Source: an uncultured Oscillospiraceae bacterium
GTDB lineage: Bacteria; Bacillota; Clostridia; Oscillospirales; Oscillospiraceae
NCBI GenBank assembly: GCA_944385645.1
Contig: CALWYA010000001.1
Location: 1 to 37,448, forward strand
Length of the DNA stretch: 37,448 bases
Direction: 5' to 3'
Below the pieces are notes generated by a model. It was not told the DNA's origin. It saw nothing but the letters and a program-made list of their open reading frames with translations, and did no database searches. The position numbers were made by a program, and so were the translations under genes. How positions within the stretch are numbered: position 1 is the stretch's first letter; each line of letters begins with the position of its first letter. This document shows, one piece after another, positions 26,892 through 34,935 of this stretch.

Positions 26892-27856
26892 TCCGCGCAC
26901 CTCCCCACGGCCTCGGCCAGGGCCCGGATGGCGTTTGCCAGCCGGCCGGCGGCGTCGGCGTCCCGGGTCCGTACCTTCAGCAGGATCCCGGCCATCTTGT
27001 TCACCGTCTCCTGGGCCTGGGCAAAGAGGAGCTCAAACTGCGCCAGGTCCTTGTCCGCCCCCAGGGCGGCCTTTTTCTCCTCCCTGGCCTGCTCCTCCAG
27101 CTGCCGGCGGACCTGCTCCAGGGCGTCCTCGGCGTTCTTCCGCCGGGCCTCGGCCTTGTCCTTGGCCTCCCGGGCCTTGTCCAGTTTGGCCTGCATCTCG
27201 GCAATGGCCTCTTTCCGGGCGGCCTCGACGGCCTCCTGGTCCACCACCGTCTCCACGGCCACGTCCACCGGCCGGTCCCGCAGGGCCCGCAGCTCCTCCT
27301 CCAGCTCCCGCACCCGGTCTTGGGCGGCGGCGTCGGCAGCCCGGGCGCTCTCCAGGGAGGCGTTGACCACCGCCATGTCCTGCTCCATTTTGGCCCGGGC
27401 CTCCTCGGCGGTCCTGGCCTCGGCCTGGGCCGCCTCCGCGGCCTTTCGGGCCTCGTCCCGGTCCCGGATGGCCTCCTCCAGCTGCCGGGTGGTCATGTCC
27501 ACCACGTTGTTGTCCGCCATAAATTGCTCCCGCTCGTCCGCTGGCAAAGCCAACAGTGTCAAGGCTTTCGACGCACCCAAATCGGCAAGCGCCTGCCGAT
27601 TTGTCCATTCCCGTGCCAGTCGCATAAAGTTCCGCGCGGTCCGCTCGGAAAACTCCGCCTTCTCATTCAGCCAGGGCAGCCACTCCCCATGGGGCAGCAT
27701 ATCCTTCGCCTCGATCAGACACCGGCCGATGGTAAGGATTGCCTCGCCGCCCCGGCGCTTGGCATCCAGCAGGTCGGTGGTGATGGCCTCAATGGTCCGG
27801 CTCTCCGCCGGCCGCTCCATGGCCCGGGCCACGATCTCTCCCAGATTAGCGCTCAT
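26888..27856 (-). CDS. DUF3102-like domain protein with long coiled coil
   Basis: IGRCLIEAKDMLPHGEWLPWL..FSERTARNFMRLA; MTTRQLEEAI followed by coiled coil. Confidence 0.85.
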   Translation of the reverse strand: MSANLGEIVARAMERPAESRTIEAITTDLLDAKRRGGEAILTIGRCLIEAKDMLPHGEWLPWLNEKAEFSERTARNFMRLAREWTNRQALADLGASKALTLLALPADEREQFMADNNVVDMTTRQLEEAIRDRDEARKAAEAAQAEARTAEEARAKMEQDMAVVNASLESARAADAAAQDRVRELEEELRALRDRPVDVAVETVVDQEAVEAARKEAIAEMQAKLDKAREAKDKAEARRKNAEDALEQVRRQLEEQAREEKKAALGADKDLAQFELLFAQAQETVNKMAGILLKVRTRDADAAGRLANAIRALAEAVGRCAE

Positions 27857-28625
27857 ACTGGATCCCCTCCTTTGCCAGCAGCTCGGCCGCGAACGCCCGA
27901 TAATCCCGGGCGGCGGAGCAGAAGGGACTCAGCACCTGCACCGGCACCTGGGACCAGCTGCTCTCCACCACCTTGTCGGTCCGGCGGATCACCGTGTCGT
28001 ACACGGGCGCGCCGGATTCCCGGAGATAGGCCACCGCGTCCTCCACGATGTCCGCCCGGTGCCACTGGTTGACCAGCACGCCCCCCACCCGCAGGTCGGG
28101 CCGCATGGCCCGCAGGCTCTCGATTTGGCTGACGATGTCAGCCACACCGGTGGCGGAGCAGGCGTCGCTGAGCACCGGGATGATGACGCAGTCGCTGGCC
28201 AGGATGGAGGCGACGCAGGCGGCGCCCAGGTTGGGCGGGCAGTCGATGATCATCACGTCGTAGGCGTCGTCCTCCTCCAGGTCCTCCCGCATGTCCAACA
28301 CCGTCCGGAAGCTTCGGCCCCGGTCGCCGGCAGCGGCCTCTAGGTCCAGGGACCACAGGTCGGCCGAGGCGGGCAGCACGTCCAGCCCGGACACGTCGGT
28401 GTGCTCCACCAGCTCGTCGTAGCAGATGGCCATGCCCCGCAGCAGGGCGCCCAGCCCGGCATATTCCCCGGCGGGCAGCATGATCTGGGTCGCGTTGGCC
28501 TGGCCGTCGGCGTCCACCAGCAGCACCCGCAGGTGCGCCCCGGTGGCCAGCACGTAGGCCAGATTCACGGCGGTGGTGGTCTTCCCCACCCCGCCCTTGC
28601 GGTTGACGATTGCAAATGTTCTCAT
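27846..28625 (-). CDS. parA: ParA/Soj family ATPase
   Basis: NRKGGVGKTTTAVNLA, LLVDADGQANAT and IIDCPP motifs; start ATG 28625 after GAAAGGA. Confidence 0.92.
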   Translation of the reverse strand: MRTFAIVNRKGGVGKTTTAVNLAYVLATGAHLRVLLVDADGQANATQIMLPAGEYAGLGALLRGMAICYDELVEHTDVSGLDVLPASADLWSLDLEAAAGDRGRSFRTVLDMREDLEEDDAYDVMIIDCPPNLGAACVASILASDCVIIPVLSDACSATGVADIVSQIESLRAMRPDLRVGGVLVNQWHRADIVEDAVAYLRESGAPVYDTVIRRTDKVVESSWSQVPVQVLSPFCSAARDYRAFAAELLAKEGIQYER

Positions 28626-28644
28626 GATGTACTTCCTTTCTGCC

Positions 28645-29982
28645 CTAGAAGGGCACCTCATACCCATCCGGAAGTTCCTCGAAGCTGATTTGATCACTCT
28701 TTTTTCGCTCCGCGATCGACCTCTTGGCTGCCGGTGATGGCTCGTCCAGGGCGCTTTCACGGAATCGCTGATACTGTCCGTCGAACACCAGGTAAATACG
28801 GCCCCGGATCCCCTCTTTGTTTTTTGCGATCTTTAAGACCCGGCGACTTTTGTCCGGCCGGCCCGGCTCCTCCAGGTAGAGCAGCATAATGGCATCCGCG
28901 TCCTGCTCGATCTGGCCTGACTCCTTCAGGTCGGACATGGTCGGCTCCACCTGTTCGTTCTTCGTGGTATGTTCTGCCCGGGAGAGCTGGGCCAGGGCGA
29001 CCACCAGATGTCCCGTCCGGTGGGCAAACTGCTGCAGGCCCCGGCTGATTCCGGCCACCTGCTCCGACCGCACCGCCCGGCGGTTGTCCGGCTCGATGAT
29101 CTGCAGGTAATCGACATAGACAATATCGTACCGGTTGGCCAGGGCGTCCGCCTGGATGTCCTGGACGCTCATGCCGCTGGCCTCGATCAGGTCCAGGTGT
29201 CTGGCTCGAATATGATCCGACTGATCCGCCACCCGGCCCCACTCCTCCTCGGAGATCTTGCCTTTCTTGATGGTGCCCATATCGATGCCCACCAGATTGG
29301 AGATCAGGCGGTCCGCCAGCTTGTAGCGGTTCGTCTCCAGGGAGTAGAATCCGACCCTGCGTTCTTTTGCCTGATGATAGGCAAATGATACGGCCAAAGC
29401 GGTCTTTCCGGTGGAGGGGTACCCACCCAGCACCACCATGTCTCCCATGTCGGCATACAGGCCGCCTTCCAGTTTCGGCAGGCCCCAGGTCATGTACTGG
29501 TGGGGCTCCCCGCTGTGCCGATCCATGAAGGCCAGCAGCATCGCGGACATATCCATGCGCTCCACGCCCCGGCGATCCACCGCCAGGTTGTCAAGCTGGA
29601 CACGGAACTCGTCCCATCTGTTCGGATCGGCCAGGATACGCCCGGCCAATTCTACCGCCCGGGCCTGCTTGGACTGCTCCCTCAGGATCGGTACGTACTC
29701 CCAGATGTTGGCCGCCGTAGGCGTCAGATCCATCAGTTCCCTCAGGTACTGGGTCCACCCCTCGTCAGGCCGTCCGCCCAGCTTGTCCCAGACCGTCGTG
29801 GGATCCACCCGGCGCCCCTCCGTGAACAGGGCACGGATGGCTTGGAACACCAGGCGGCACTGTGGGTTGGTAAAATCCTCCGGCCGCACCTGCTCCAGAA
29901 CTGGCCCCACCAGCTCCGGCGAGATCAGGAGCGACCCCAGCACCGACACCTGAGCCGACAGCTGGTCCTGCTCATTCACCAT
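28645..29982 (-). CDS. dnaB: Replicative DNA helicase, DnaB family
   Basis: GYPSTGKT, YSLE, VDYLQ, LAQLSR, DLKESGQIEQDAD and IAKNKEG motifs. Confidence 0.95.
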   Translation of the reverse strand: MVNEQDQLSAQVSVLGSLLISPELVGPVLEQVRPEDFTNPQCRLVFQAIRALFTEGRRVDPTTVWDKLGGRPDEGWTQYLRELMDLTPTAANIWEYVPILREQSKQARAVELAGRILADPNRWDEFRVQLDNLAVDRRGVERMDMSAMLLAFMDRHSGEPHQYMTWGLPKLEGGLYADMGDMVVLGGYPSTGKTALAVSFAYHQAKERRVGFYSLETNRYKLADRLISNLVGIDMGTIKKGKISEEEWGRVADQSDHIRARHLDLIEASGMSVQDIQADALANRYDIVYVDYLQIIEPDNRRAVRSEQVAGISRGLQQFAHRTGHLVVALAQLSRAEHTTKNEQVEPTMSDLKESGQIEQDADAIMLLYLEEPGRPDKSRRVLKIAKNKEGIRGRIYLVFDGQYQRFRESALDEPSPAAKRSIAERKKSDQISFEELPDGYEVPF

Positions 29983-30797
29983 GTGGGTACCTCCTCGCGG
30001 GAGACCAGGGTGGATGCTGCGGGCTCACCAGCAGCGGCCACCCCTCCCCCGCCCTTGCGCAGGGGAAAGACCGACTTCCAGGAGTTGGCCATGGACTGCT
30101 GGATCAGCAGGAGCTTGTCCTCCCGCCGGCCTTCACTGAGCCTATCCAGCTCTCCCAGCAGCATCTTGACCGCCCGGGCCGAATTGATGGCCCGCAGTTC
30201 TACCCGCTGTTGGATGAACGCCCCCAAGGCCCTATGCAGCTCCCGGTCGTCTCCCACATAGGCCTGAAGGATCGGCACGGCGTCCTCCGACAGCTCGTAC
30301 TTGCTCCCCCGCTTGCCCCCTTGGGGGGCTTTAGGGGGTTCTTTTAATCTTTCTTCTGTATATTCTTTATTCTGTAGTGGCGGAAAACCCGTTGACGGTG
30401 TTTCCCGTTGACGGTTTTCACCGTTGACGGTGTTTTCGGGCAACGGTGCGTTTTCCGCTTCACCGTTGGACGGGTTTTCGGGCAACGGTGGGGCCTCCTC
30501 CTGGAGGACATACACGTTCCCGCCGAACCGGCCGCCGGCGTCGTGGCCCTGCTCCCGGATGAGGTAGCCCACCGTCTGCAGCTCCTTCAGCAGCCGGCGG
30601 ACCTTCTCCCGTCCGCATCCGGCCTTGACTGCCAGGCCGGAGACGGTATAGCTCCAGTCGTCCGGCAGGGAGGCCATCAGGGCAAACAGGCCCCGGGCCT
30701 CCAGGCTCAGCCGGCCGTCCTGGGCCGCCGACCGGAACAGGACCACAAAGCCTTTCCGCTTGCCTGCCTTGATTTGGCTCTCACCCATCCCCATCAC
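29976..30797 (-). CDS. Phage replication initiator (N-terminal winged HTH)
   Basis: DGRLSLEARGL..SLPDDW..LKELQTVGYL; internal iteron-coded linker; upstream of helicase. Confidence 0.85.
   Translation of the reverse strand: MMGMGESQIKAGKRKGFVVLFRSAAQDGRLSLEARGLFALMASLPDDWSYTVSGLAVKAGCGREKVRRLLKELQTVGYLIREQGHDAGGRFGGNVYVLQEEAPPLPENPSNGEAENAPLPENTVNGENRQRETPSTGFPPLQNKEYTEERLKEPPKAPQGGKRGSKYELSEDAVPILQAYVGDDRELHRALGAFIQQRVELRAINSARAVKMLLGELDRLSEGRREDKLLLIQQSMANSWKSVFPLRKGGGGVAAAGEPAASTLVSREEVPTW
30338..30490. repeat. Phage replication origin: iterons plus AT-rich tract inside the initiator gene
   Basis: CCGTTGACGG at 30389, 30405, 30421 (16-bp period); 32-bp near-duplicate 30417-30448 / 30459-30490; adjacent AT-rich 30338-30376. 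Confidence 0.8.
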
Positions 30798-31071
30798 CCG
30801 CTTTCGAGCTGAGGGTGACGAACCCGTCCTGAAGGCAGACAGCTGCGCCGTTGGTCAGTCGGCACCAAGGCACCGTATAAGCCCAGTCGTCGTCCGGCAT
30901 CCTGTACTCCTCGGCGATCCGGTACCCGAGCCGGCCAAGGGCGACCCGGCGGCCGGCCGGAGTCAAACCGTTCAGCGCATCCGGGTACCCGCCGCCGTTC
31001 CGGGCCAGGAAAATCAGCTCCGTCCGCTGAAGTTCCTTCGCCCAGGCCTCACTCAGTTTTTCTGGAATCAT
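30781..31071 (-). CDS. Hypothetical protein
   Basis: 96 aa, AAGGGGG RBS, overlaps the initiator start. Confidence 0.7.
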   Translation of the reverse strand: MIPEKLSEAWAKELQRTELIFLARNGGGYPDALNGLTPAGRRVALGRLGYRIAEEYRMPDDDWAYTVPWCRLTNGAAVCLQDGFVTLSSKAGDGDG

Positions 31072-31117
31072 GCGCTTCCCCCCTTGTCAATCAGCTGCTA
31101 CCGTGCTATAATGATTT

Positions 31118-31182
31118 CGTTCTCATGGTGGACTTCGGTCTGCCAGCCCCGGGGGTCCGCAAGCCCCTGGGGCATCTTTTTT
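31118..31182 (+). ncRNA. Putative short antisense RNA in the early operon
   Basis: TTGTCA(31084)-17 bp-TATAAT(31107) with extended TG; hairpin GCCCCGGGGG..CCCCTGGGGC followed by ATCTTTTTT. Confidence 0.55.
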
Positions 31183-31188
31183 GCCCGC

Positions 31189-31299
31189 TCATTTCTTCCG
31201 GCGGCGCCAGCGCCGCACCTCGGCCCACACCGTCCACAGGCTCAGCCCCAGGCCCGCAAGGGCACAGGAGAAGCCGGCGATCAATAAAAAATCGTACAT
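31189..31299 (-). CDS. 36-aa single-TM peptide with basic C-terminus (absent from ORF track)
   Basis: MYDFLLIAGFSCALAGLGLSLWTVWAEVRRWRRRKK; AAAGGAAAGG RBS. Confidence 0.6.
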   Translation of the reverse strand: MYDFLLIAGFSCALAGLGLSLWTVWAEVRRWRRRKK

Positions 31300-31325
31300 G
31301 CTGTTCTGCCTTTCCTTTCCCTGGG

Positions 31326-31802
31326 TCATGCCAGGGATTTTTGCTGTTCCGCCTTGTCGCTGAAGATCTGGAGCTCCAGCCCCGACTGGATGATCCCCTT
31401 CAGCTCGGCGACGATCTCGTCAAATTGGGGACGCTCCTGCTCGTCGATCACCCCGTCCTCCGCAATGGCCATCAGATGCTCCAGACTGTCGGACTCCGAG
31501 AACCGGCTCAGGCGGTTGTAGATCCGCACCGCCATCTCCAAGACGCTGCGCTCCTGCAGTTTGGGTACGATCTGCAGCACCAGACTGTCTGTCTCCTGCA
31601 GGTGCTGATAGACCAACCACGGAGTGTCATAGCAGAGGGCCATGTGCTCCACGATGTCGTCGGGCGGGACCCGGTAGCCGTTTTCATAGGCCCGGACGCT
31701 CTCCACTGAGACCGATAACAGTTCCGCTGCCGTTTCCTGGGTATAACCGGTCCCGCGGCGGGCTGTTTTGTAGATATTTGGGCGCTTGCCTGACATGGAC
31801 AA
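31326..31802 (-). CDS. XRE-family HTH phage regulatory protein
   Basis: YKTARRGTGYTQETAAELLSVSVESVRAYENG; C-terminal IAEDGVIDEQE. Confidence 0.85.
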   Translation of the reverse strand: MSMSGKRPNIYKTARRGTGYTQETAAELLSVSVESVRAYENGYRVPPDDIVEHMALCYDTPWLVYQHLQETDSLVLQIVPKLQERSVLEMAVRIYNRLSRFSESDSLEHLMAIAEDGVIDEQERPQFDEIVAELKGIIQSGLELQIFSDKAEQQKSLA

Positions 31803-31818
31803 TCCCTCCCCTCGTATG

Positions 31819-32046
31819 TTATTTTAGGTCCGTCGGAAACTCTGTCTGAGCCTCCTGCCGCAAAAAGGCCTCCAGATCCTTTCGCAGAATCCGAAGCTGT
31901 CTGCCCACCCGGATGCTCCGGAGCCGGCCGCAGCGAATCAGCTCATAGACTGTGTTGGAGCACACTCCCAGCACCGGCAGGACATCCTTGACCCGCAGGA
32001 CTAACGGCAGCTCATCAAAGGACACAGGCCGCCTTTCCTCATCCAC
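31819..32046 (-). CDS. Excisionase-like (HTH_17/MerR-type) DNA-binding protein
   Basis: FDELPLVLRVKDV..LGVCSNTVYELIRCGRLRSIRVGRQLRI; GTG start with AAAGGGGGTG RBS. Confidence 0.85.
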   Translation of the reverse strand: MDEERRPVSFDELPLVLRVKDVLPVLGVCSNTVYELIRCGRLRSIRVGRQLRILRKDLEAFLRQEAQTEFPTDLK

Positions 32047-32080
32047 GCTCTTCACCCCCTTTCTGTGATCTGCCCGGGTA

Positions 32081-32290
32081 CTATTCGGTCTGGATGTTGG
32101 GAGGCCCAGGTCGTCCATAGAGCTCGTCAATCGTACAGCCGAAAAGGTCAGCCAGCTTAGGTAGTTTGGATGCCCTTGGCATTGCCTCTCCCGTCTCCCA
32201 CCGGGCCACCGCCGCTTGATCCACCTCCATGATTCGGGCCAAATCAGCCTTGGTGATTCCGGCCAGTTCCCGATATTTTTTGATTTCCAC
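32081..32290 (-). CDS. Cro-like XRE HTH regulator
   Basis: IKKYRELAGITKADLARIMEVDQAAVARWETGEAMPRASKLPKLADLFGCTIDELY; GTG after GGAGGTG. Confidence 0.9.
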   Translation of the reverse strand: MEIKKYRELAGITKADLARIMEVDQAAVARWETGEAMPRASKLPKLADLFGCTIDELYGRPGPPNIQTE

Positions 32291-32382
32291 TAAATTCACC
32301 TCCATTTTTTCTCTCAGCCTTGATTTTAAGTCCGCAAAATGCTAGTATATTCTTGACTTAAAATCTTGTTGGTGATGGGTAG

Positions 32383-32922
32383 ATGCGCGAAAAATATTGG
32401 GCTCTCTATGCAACTGTTAAGCATTCAGAACGATACTTTTTCTATTATCGTGAGCGAGCACAGCGTTGGGACCGAAGAATAAAAGTATTTCTTTGTGTTG
32501 CATCTCTGTCCAGTGTTGCAAACTTGGCTCTATGGGGACACGTTCCACTGTTTTGGCCCATCATTTCTGCCATCGCACAAATACTAAGTGCAGTGGCCTA
32601 TTTAATTCCCTACTCGGACCAGATAAACGCTCTCAATAGCCTTCTGCCGGAGCTCGATATGCTGATTCATCGGATAGACTACTATTGGGATCGCATTAAC
32701 ATTTTGGAGGATGTTCCTGACAAAGAAATTAACAGTCTCGTGTTGGATTTCAATGTGGAATTTGCAAAATTAGAAGACAAGTATACAAAAGGCATTCCGT
32801 TTCCTCCCATCAAACATTGCACAAAGAAAGCTGATGTGGATCTTCAGAATTTCTATAAAAACCGCTTTCATCCGCCGCAACGAGACTACTTAGAGGAGGA
32901 ATTAGACCGTGTCTCCAGATAA
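32383..32922 (+). CDS. Low-GC moron: two-TM protein of SLATT-like architecture
   Basis: N-terminal helix, hydrophobic hairpin (IKVFLCVASLSSVANLAL / FWPIISAIAQILSAVAYLI), helical C-terminus; visibly AT-richer than the phage. Confidence 0.7.
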   Translation: MREKYWALYATVKHSERYFFYYRERAQRWDRRIKVFLCVASLSSVANLALWGHVPLFWPIISAIAQILSAVAYLIPYSDQINALNSLLPELDMLIHRIDYYWDRINILEDVPDKEINSLVLDFNVEFAKLEDKYTKGIPFPPIKHCTKKADVDLQNFYKNRFHPPQRDYLEEELDRVSR

Positions 32923-33046
32923 AAAGCCCACAGTACCAAAGAGACCTGTCTCAAAACCAGAACCCACCATTAAGCATGGCCTTGTACCGCCTCCAACCAC
33001 AACCTTCCCTCCACCGCCGCCACCACCTCGGCCTAAGAAAGACTGA
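32909..33046 (+). CDS. 45-aa proline/lysine-rich peptide (absent from ORF track)
   Basis: GTG 32909 after GAGGAGG; MSPDKKPTVPKRPVSKPEPTIKHGLVPPPTTTFPPPPPPPRPKKD; overlaps the end of the upstream gene. Confidence 0.6.
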   Translation: MSPDKKPTVPKRPVSKPEPTIKHGLVPPPTTTFPPPPPPPRPKKD

Positions 33047-33052
33047 ACTGTG

Positions 33053-33241
33053 CTAGTGCAGTCTTCCAAGGGCCTTTTCTGAGCGAAGCATAAGTGCATG
33101 TAGGTCATCTACCATTTCGTCAGTGATAAAGAATATTCCGTGAGCGTGCATCCCCGCGAAGCTGAAGAAGTATTCGACTTCGCCAACAATGAGTACGCCC
33201 GCTTTCTTCTGCGGAAATTCTCCTGGCCTAGGTGGAACCAT
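33053..33241 (-). CDS. 62-aa hypothetical protein, first gene of the leftward early transcript
   Basis: AAGGAGG RBS before ATG 33241; promoter immediately upstream. Confidence 0.6.
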   Translation of the reverse strand: MVPPRPGEFPQKKAGVLIVGEVEYFFSFAGMHAHGIFFITDEMVDDLHALMLRSEKALGRLH

Positions 33242-33284
33242 TTTGCTCGCCTCCTTCCATGACTTAGAATCAGTTCACGGGTAA

Positions 33285-33313
33285 ATCATAAATCACGAAT
33301 TTGGTATTGTCAA
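33285..33313 (-). promoter_or_regulatory. Leftward (lytic) early promoter
   Basis: TTGACA(33313-33308)-17 bp-TATGAT(33290-33285), divergent from the repressor gene. Confidence 0.75.
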
Positions 33314-33369
33314 TCATATATTTTCAATATTCGTTATTTTCGTCAATTCGCTAGTTTCTTTTTTTAGAG

Positions 33370-33717
33370 GTGAAATCTCCCTTGAATACGGAACTTCTTG
33401 TTCAAAATATCAAAAAATTTTGTTTAGCCAAGGGAGTCAAGCCTACCGTTGCATGCCGGGAAAGTGGTGCTGGCCCCAATTTGGTTAGTCAGCTTATACA
33501 CGGAACCGTCCCGTCTGTTGAAAGGGTCCAGCTCCTCGCCCAGTATCTGGGCGTCACCGTCAGCCAGCTCCTGGGCGAGGATGCCTCGGAGCTCTCCCAG
33601 GGCCCGGCCCAGCCCTATCTTGTCATGCGCTATAACCAGCTCTCCCCCCAGGGCCAGGAGAAGGTCATGGCCTTTCTGGAGTTCACGGCTCTGGAGGAGG
33701 AAAAGCAAAAAAAATAA
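33370..33717 (+). CDS. CI-like XRE HTH repressor
   Basis: IKKFCLAKGVKPTVACRESG..PSVERVQLLAQYLGVTVSQLLGE; C-terminal YNQLSPQGQEKV; true start probably TTG 33382. Confidence 0.85.
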   Translation: MKSPLNTELLVQNIKKFCLAKGVKPTVACRESGAGPNLVSQLIHGTVPSVERVQLLAQYLGVTVSQLLGEDASELSQGPAQPYLVMRYNQLSPQGQEKVMAFLEFTALEEEKQKK

Positions 33718-33738
33718 TGTGCCCAAGTTGGACGCAGA

Positions 33739-33785
33739 AAAAGCCGCTCCCTTCTGGTATTCCAGAGGAAGCGGCTTCATTTTTG
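33739..33785 (+). terminator. Intrinsic terminator after the repressor
   Basis: AAGCCGCT.CCTTCTGG-tatt-CCAGAGGAAGCGGCTT followed by CATTTTT. Confidence 0.75.
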
Positions 33786-33830
33786 TGGAAACCTGTTGCA
33801 TTTTCGATCCAGCTCTGCTATGCTGTTATT

Positions 33831-33918
33831 GTCAGTATCCGATCCGCCGCAGGGCGGAACAGTATCCGTGTTTCATCGTGTCCGGGGCCTCTTTTGGGTG
33901 CCGGACCGTTTGTTTTTT
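33831..33918 (+). ncRNA. Putative ~90-nt sRNA
   Basis: TTGCAT(33796)-17 bp-TATGCT(33819) with extended TG; hairpin TCCGCC-gcag-GGCGGA flanked by two CAGTATCCG; terminal GTCCGG..CCGGAC stem plus U-tract. Confidence 0.5.
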
Positions 33919-33961
33919 GAAATTGGCAGCCTTTTGGCAGAACATTGGCTGAAAAGTTCTA

Positions 33962-33990
33962 TTGACAAACGCAGGAAAAGCTGGTAAAAA
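33962..33990 (+). promoter_or_regulatory. Sigma-A type promoter driving the long leader and recombinase operon
   Basis: TTGACA(33962)-17 bp-TAAAAA(33985) with extended TG. Confidence 0.65.
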
Positions 33991-33996
33991 GAGAGT

Positions 33997-34930
33997 GTAT
34001 TTTGATTGATCTCTGTGCGTACTCTGCTGAAATGCGGAGGGCAGGCCGCTCCCGGGCTGTTCGCGGTTGACGCATTGCACACGTTGTTAGGTTTGTACGT
34101 GAAGGGACGGCACTACCGCGCCCTGATAGAGTTGATTCCCCACGGGGCCTTATTAGAATGAGATTGCGGTGTAGCAGAAAGCGCAACTGGACCGACCGGC
34201 CGCGCCGTGCTACGATGTGTATGAAACGAGGACAGATTTTGTAGGTCAGATTTTGCACCCGCAGGGGCAGTATGCCCTTTTGCGGAGACCTGCCACACCA
34301 GAAAACCGGCGGCCGACAACCGAATAGCACCATCAGGTCCGAAAGCAAGCAAATGTTTTCGGGCCTTTTTCTATCCGCTGTCGTCCGTATCCCAGAGAGA
34401 AAACAGATGCGAGGAGGATGCCCTATGTCCCTGCCCACATCGCCACCGAAGGCCCGGACGGGCCAGAGCATAGACGCCTACGCTCCATGGAGCAGAGGGG
34501 TCTTCCCAGGAGGATGTTGCATCGTGAACTTCACGACAGTCGAGGACCATGTTTCTCTGGGCCGGAGAGGATACCGGCCGGTGCGGCATCAGGCAGGGCC
34601 GCGCCACCTTCCACCCATTTCCCGCCCCGCTGCCGGGGGCGGACCACAGGACGCCGGCAGCTCTGTCTGCACCTCGCCCCAGGGAGCGCGTCCGCCGCGG
34701 GAGATTCCCTCCCACCCGCTTTCAGCGGGATCGGCGATCATACTCAACGCCTACAATTCAACAGAGACGGGCTGTCGTTTTCAGGTCTGGCCGCTGCGAT
34801 CCTGCAGCAGGCACAAGGGTTTCCGGGCGCACAAGGCCTCCTGAGCCGGCGATAGCTCCGGAGATCGGCCGGAAACGGCTCGGGCGTGCCACTGGGCGAA
34901 CTGCGTCCTTTTCCAATTTCAGAAAGGACG
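33997..34930 (+). ncRNA. Putative large structured RNA / leader upstream of the second tyrosine recombinase
   Basis: No convincing ORF; nested long-range pairings (34056-72 with 34314-28; 34078-90 with 34210-20; 34241-47 with 34287-93; 34391-405 with 34550-61); many hairpins; internal terminator 34335-34372. Confidence 0.6.
34335..34372 (+). terminator. Internal terminator/attenuator within the leader
   Basis: AGGTCCGAAAGCA-agcaaa-TGTTTTCGGGCCT, 13-bp stem with two GU pairs, followed by TTTTCT. Confidence 0.7.
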
Positions 34931-34935
34931 GCACC

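Noticed and set aside
34354-34364. TGTTTTCGGGC shared between the leader terminator and the origin iterons (30431-41), with a similar GTTTTCGGG near 37423
   Set aside because: Only 9-11 bp and part of a terminator stem; compatible with chance, so not accepted as a guide-target match
34418-34855. ORFs of 139-145 aa inside the long leader, including ATG 34425 behind GAGGAGG
   Set aside because: Pro/Gly/Arg-rich with no recognisable fold, and overlapping dense hairpins; not called as CDS, although a leader peptide cannot be excluded
34549-34935. 129-aa N-terminal extension of the recombinase in the ORF track
   Set aside because: The RBS and a recombinase-like N-terminus support ATG 34936; the extension looks like GC-rich read-through
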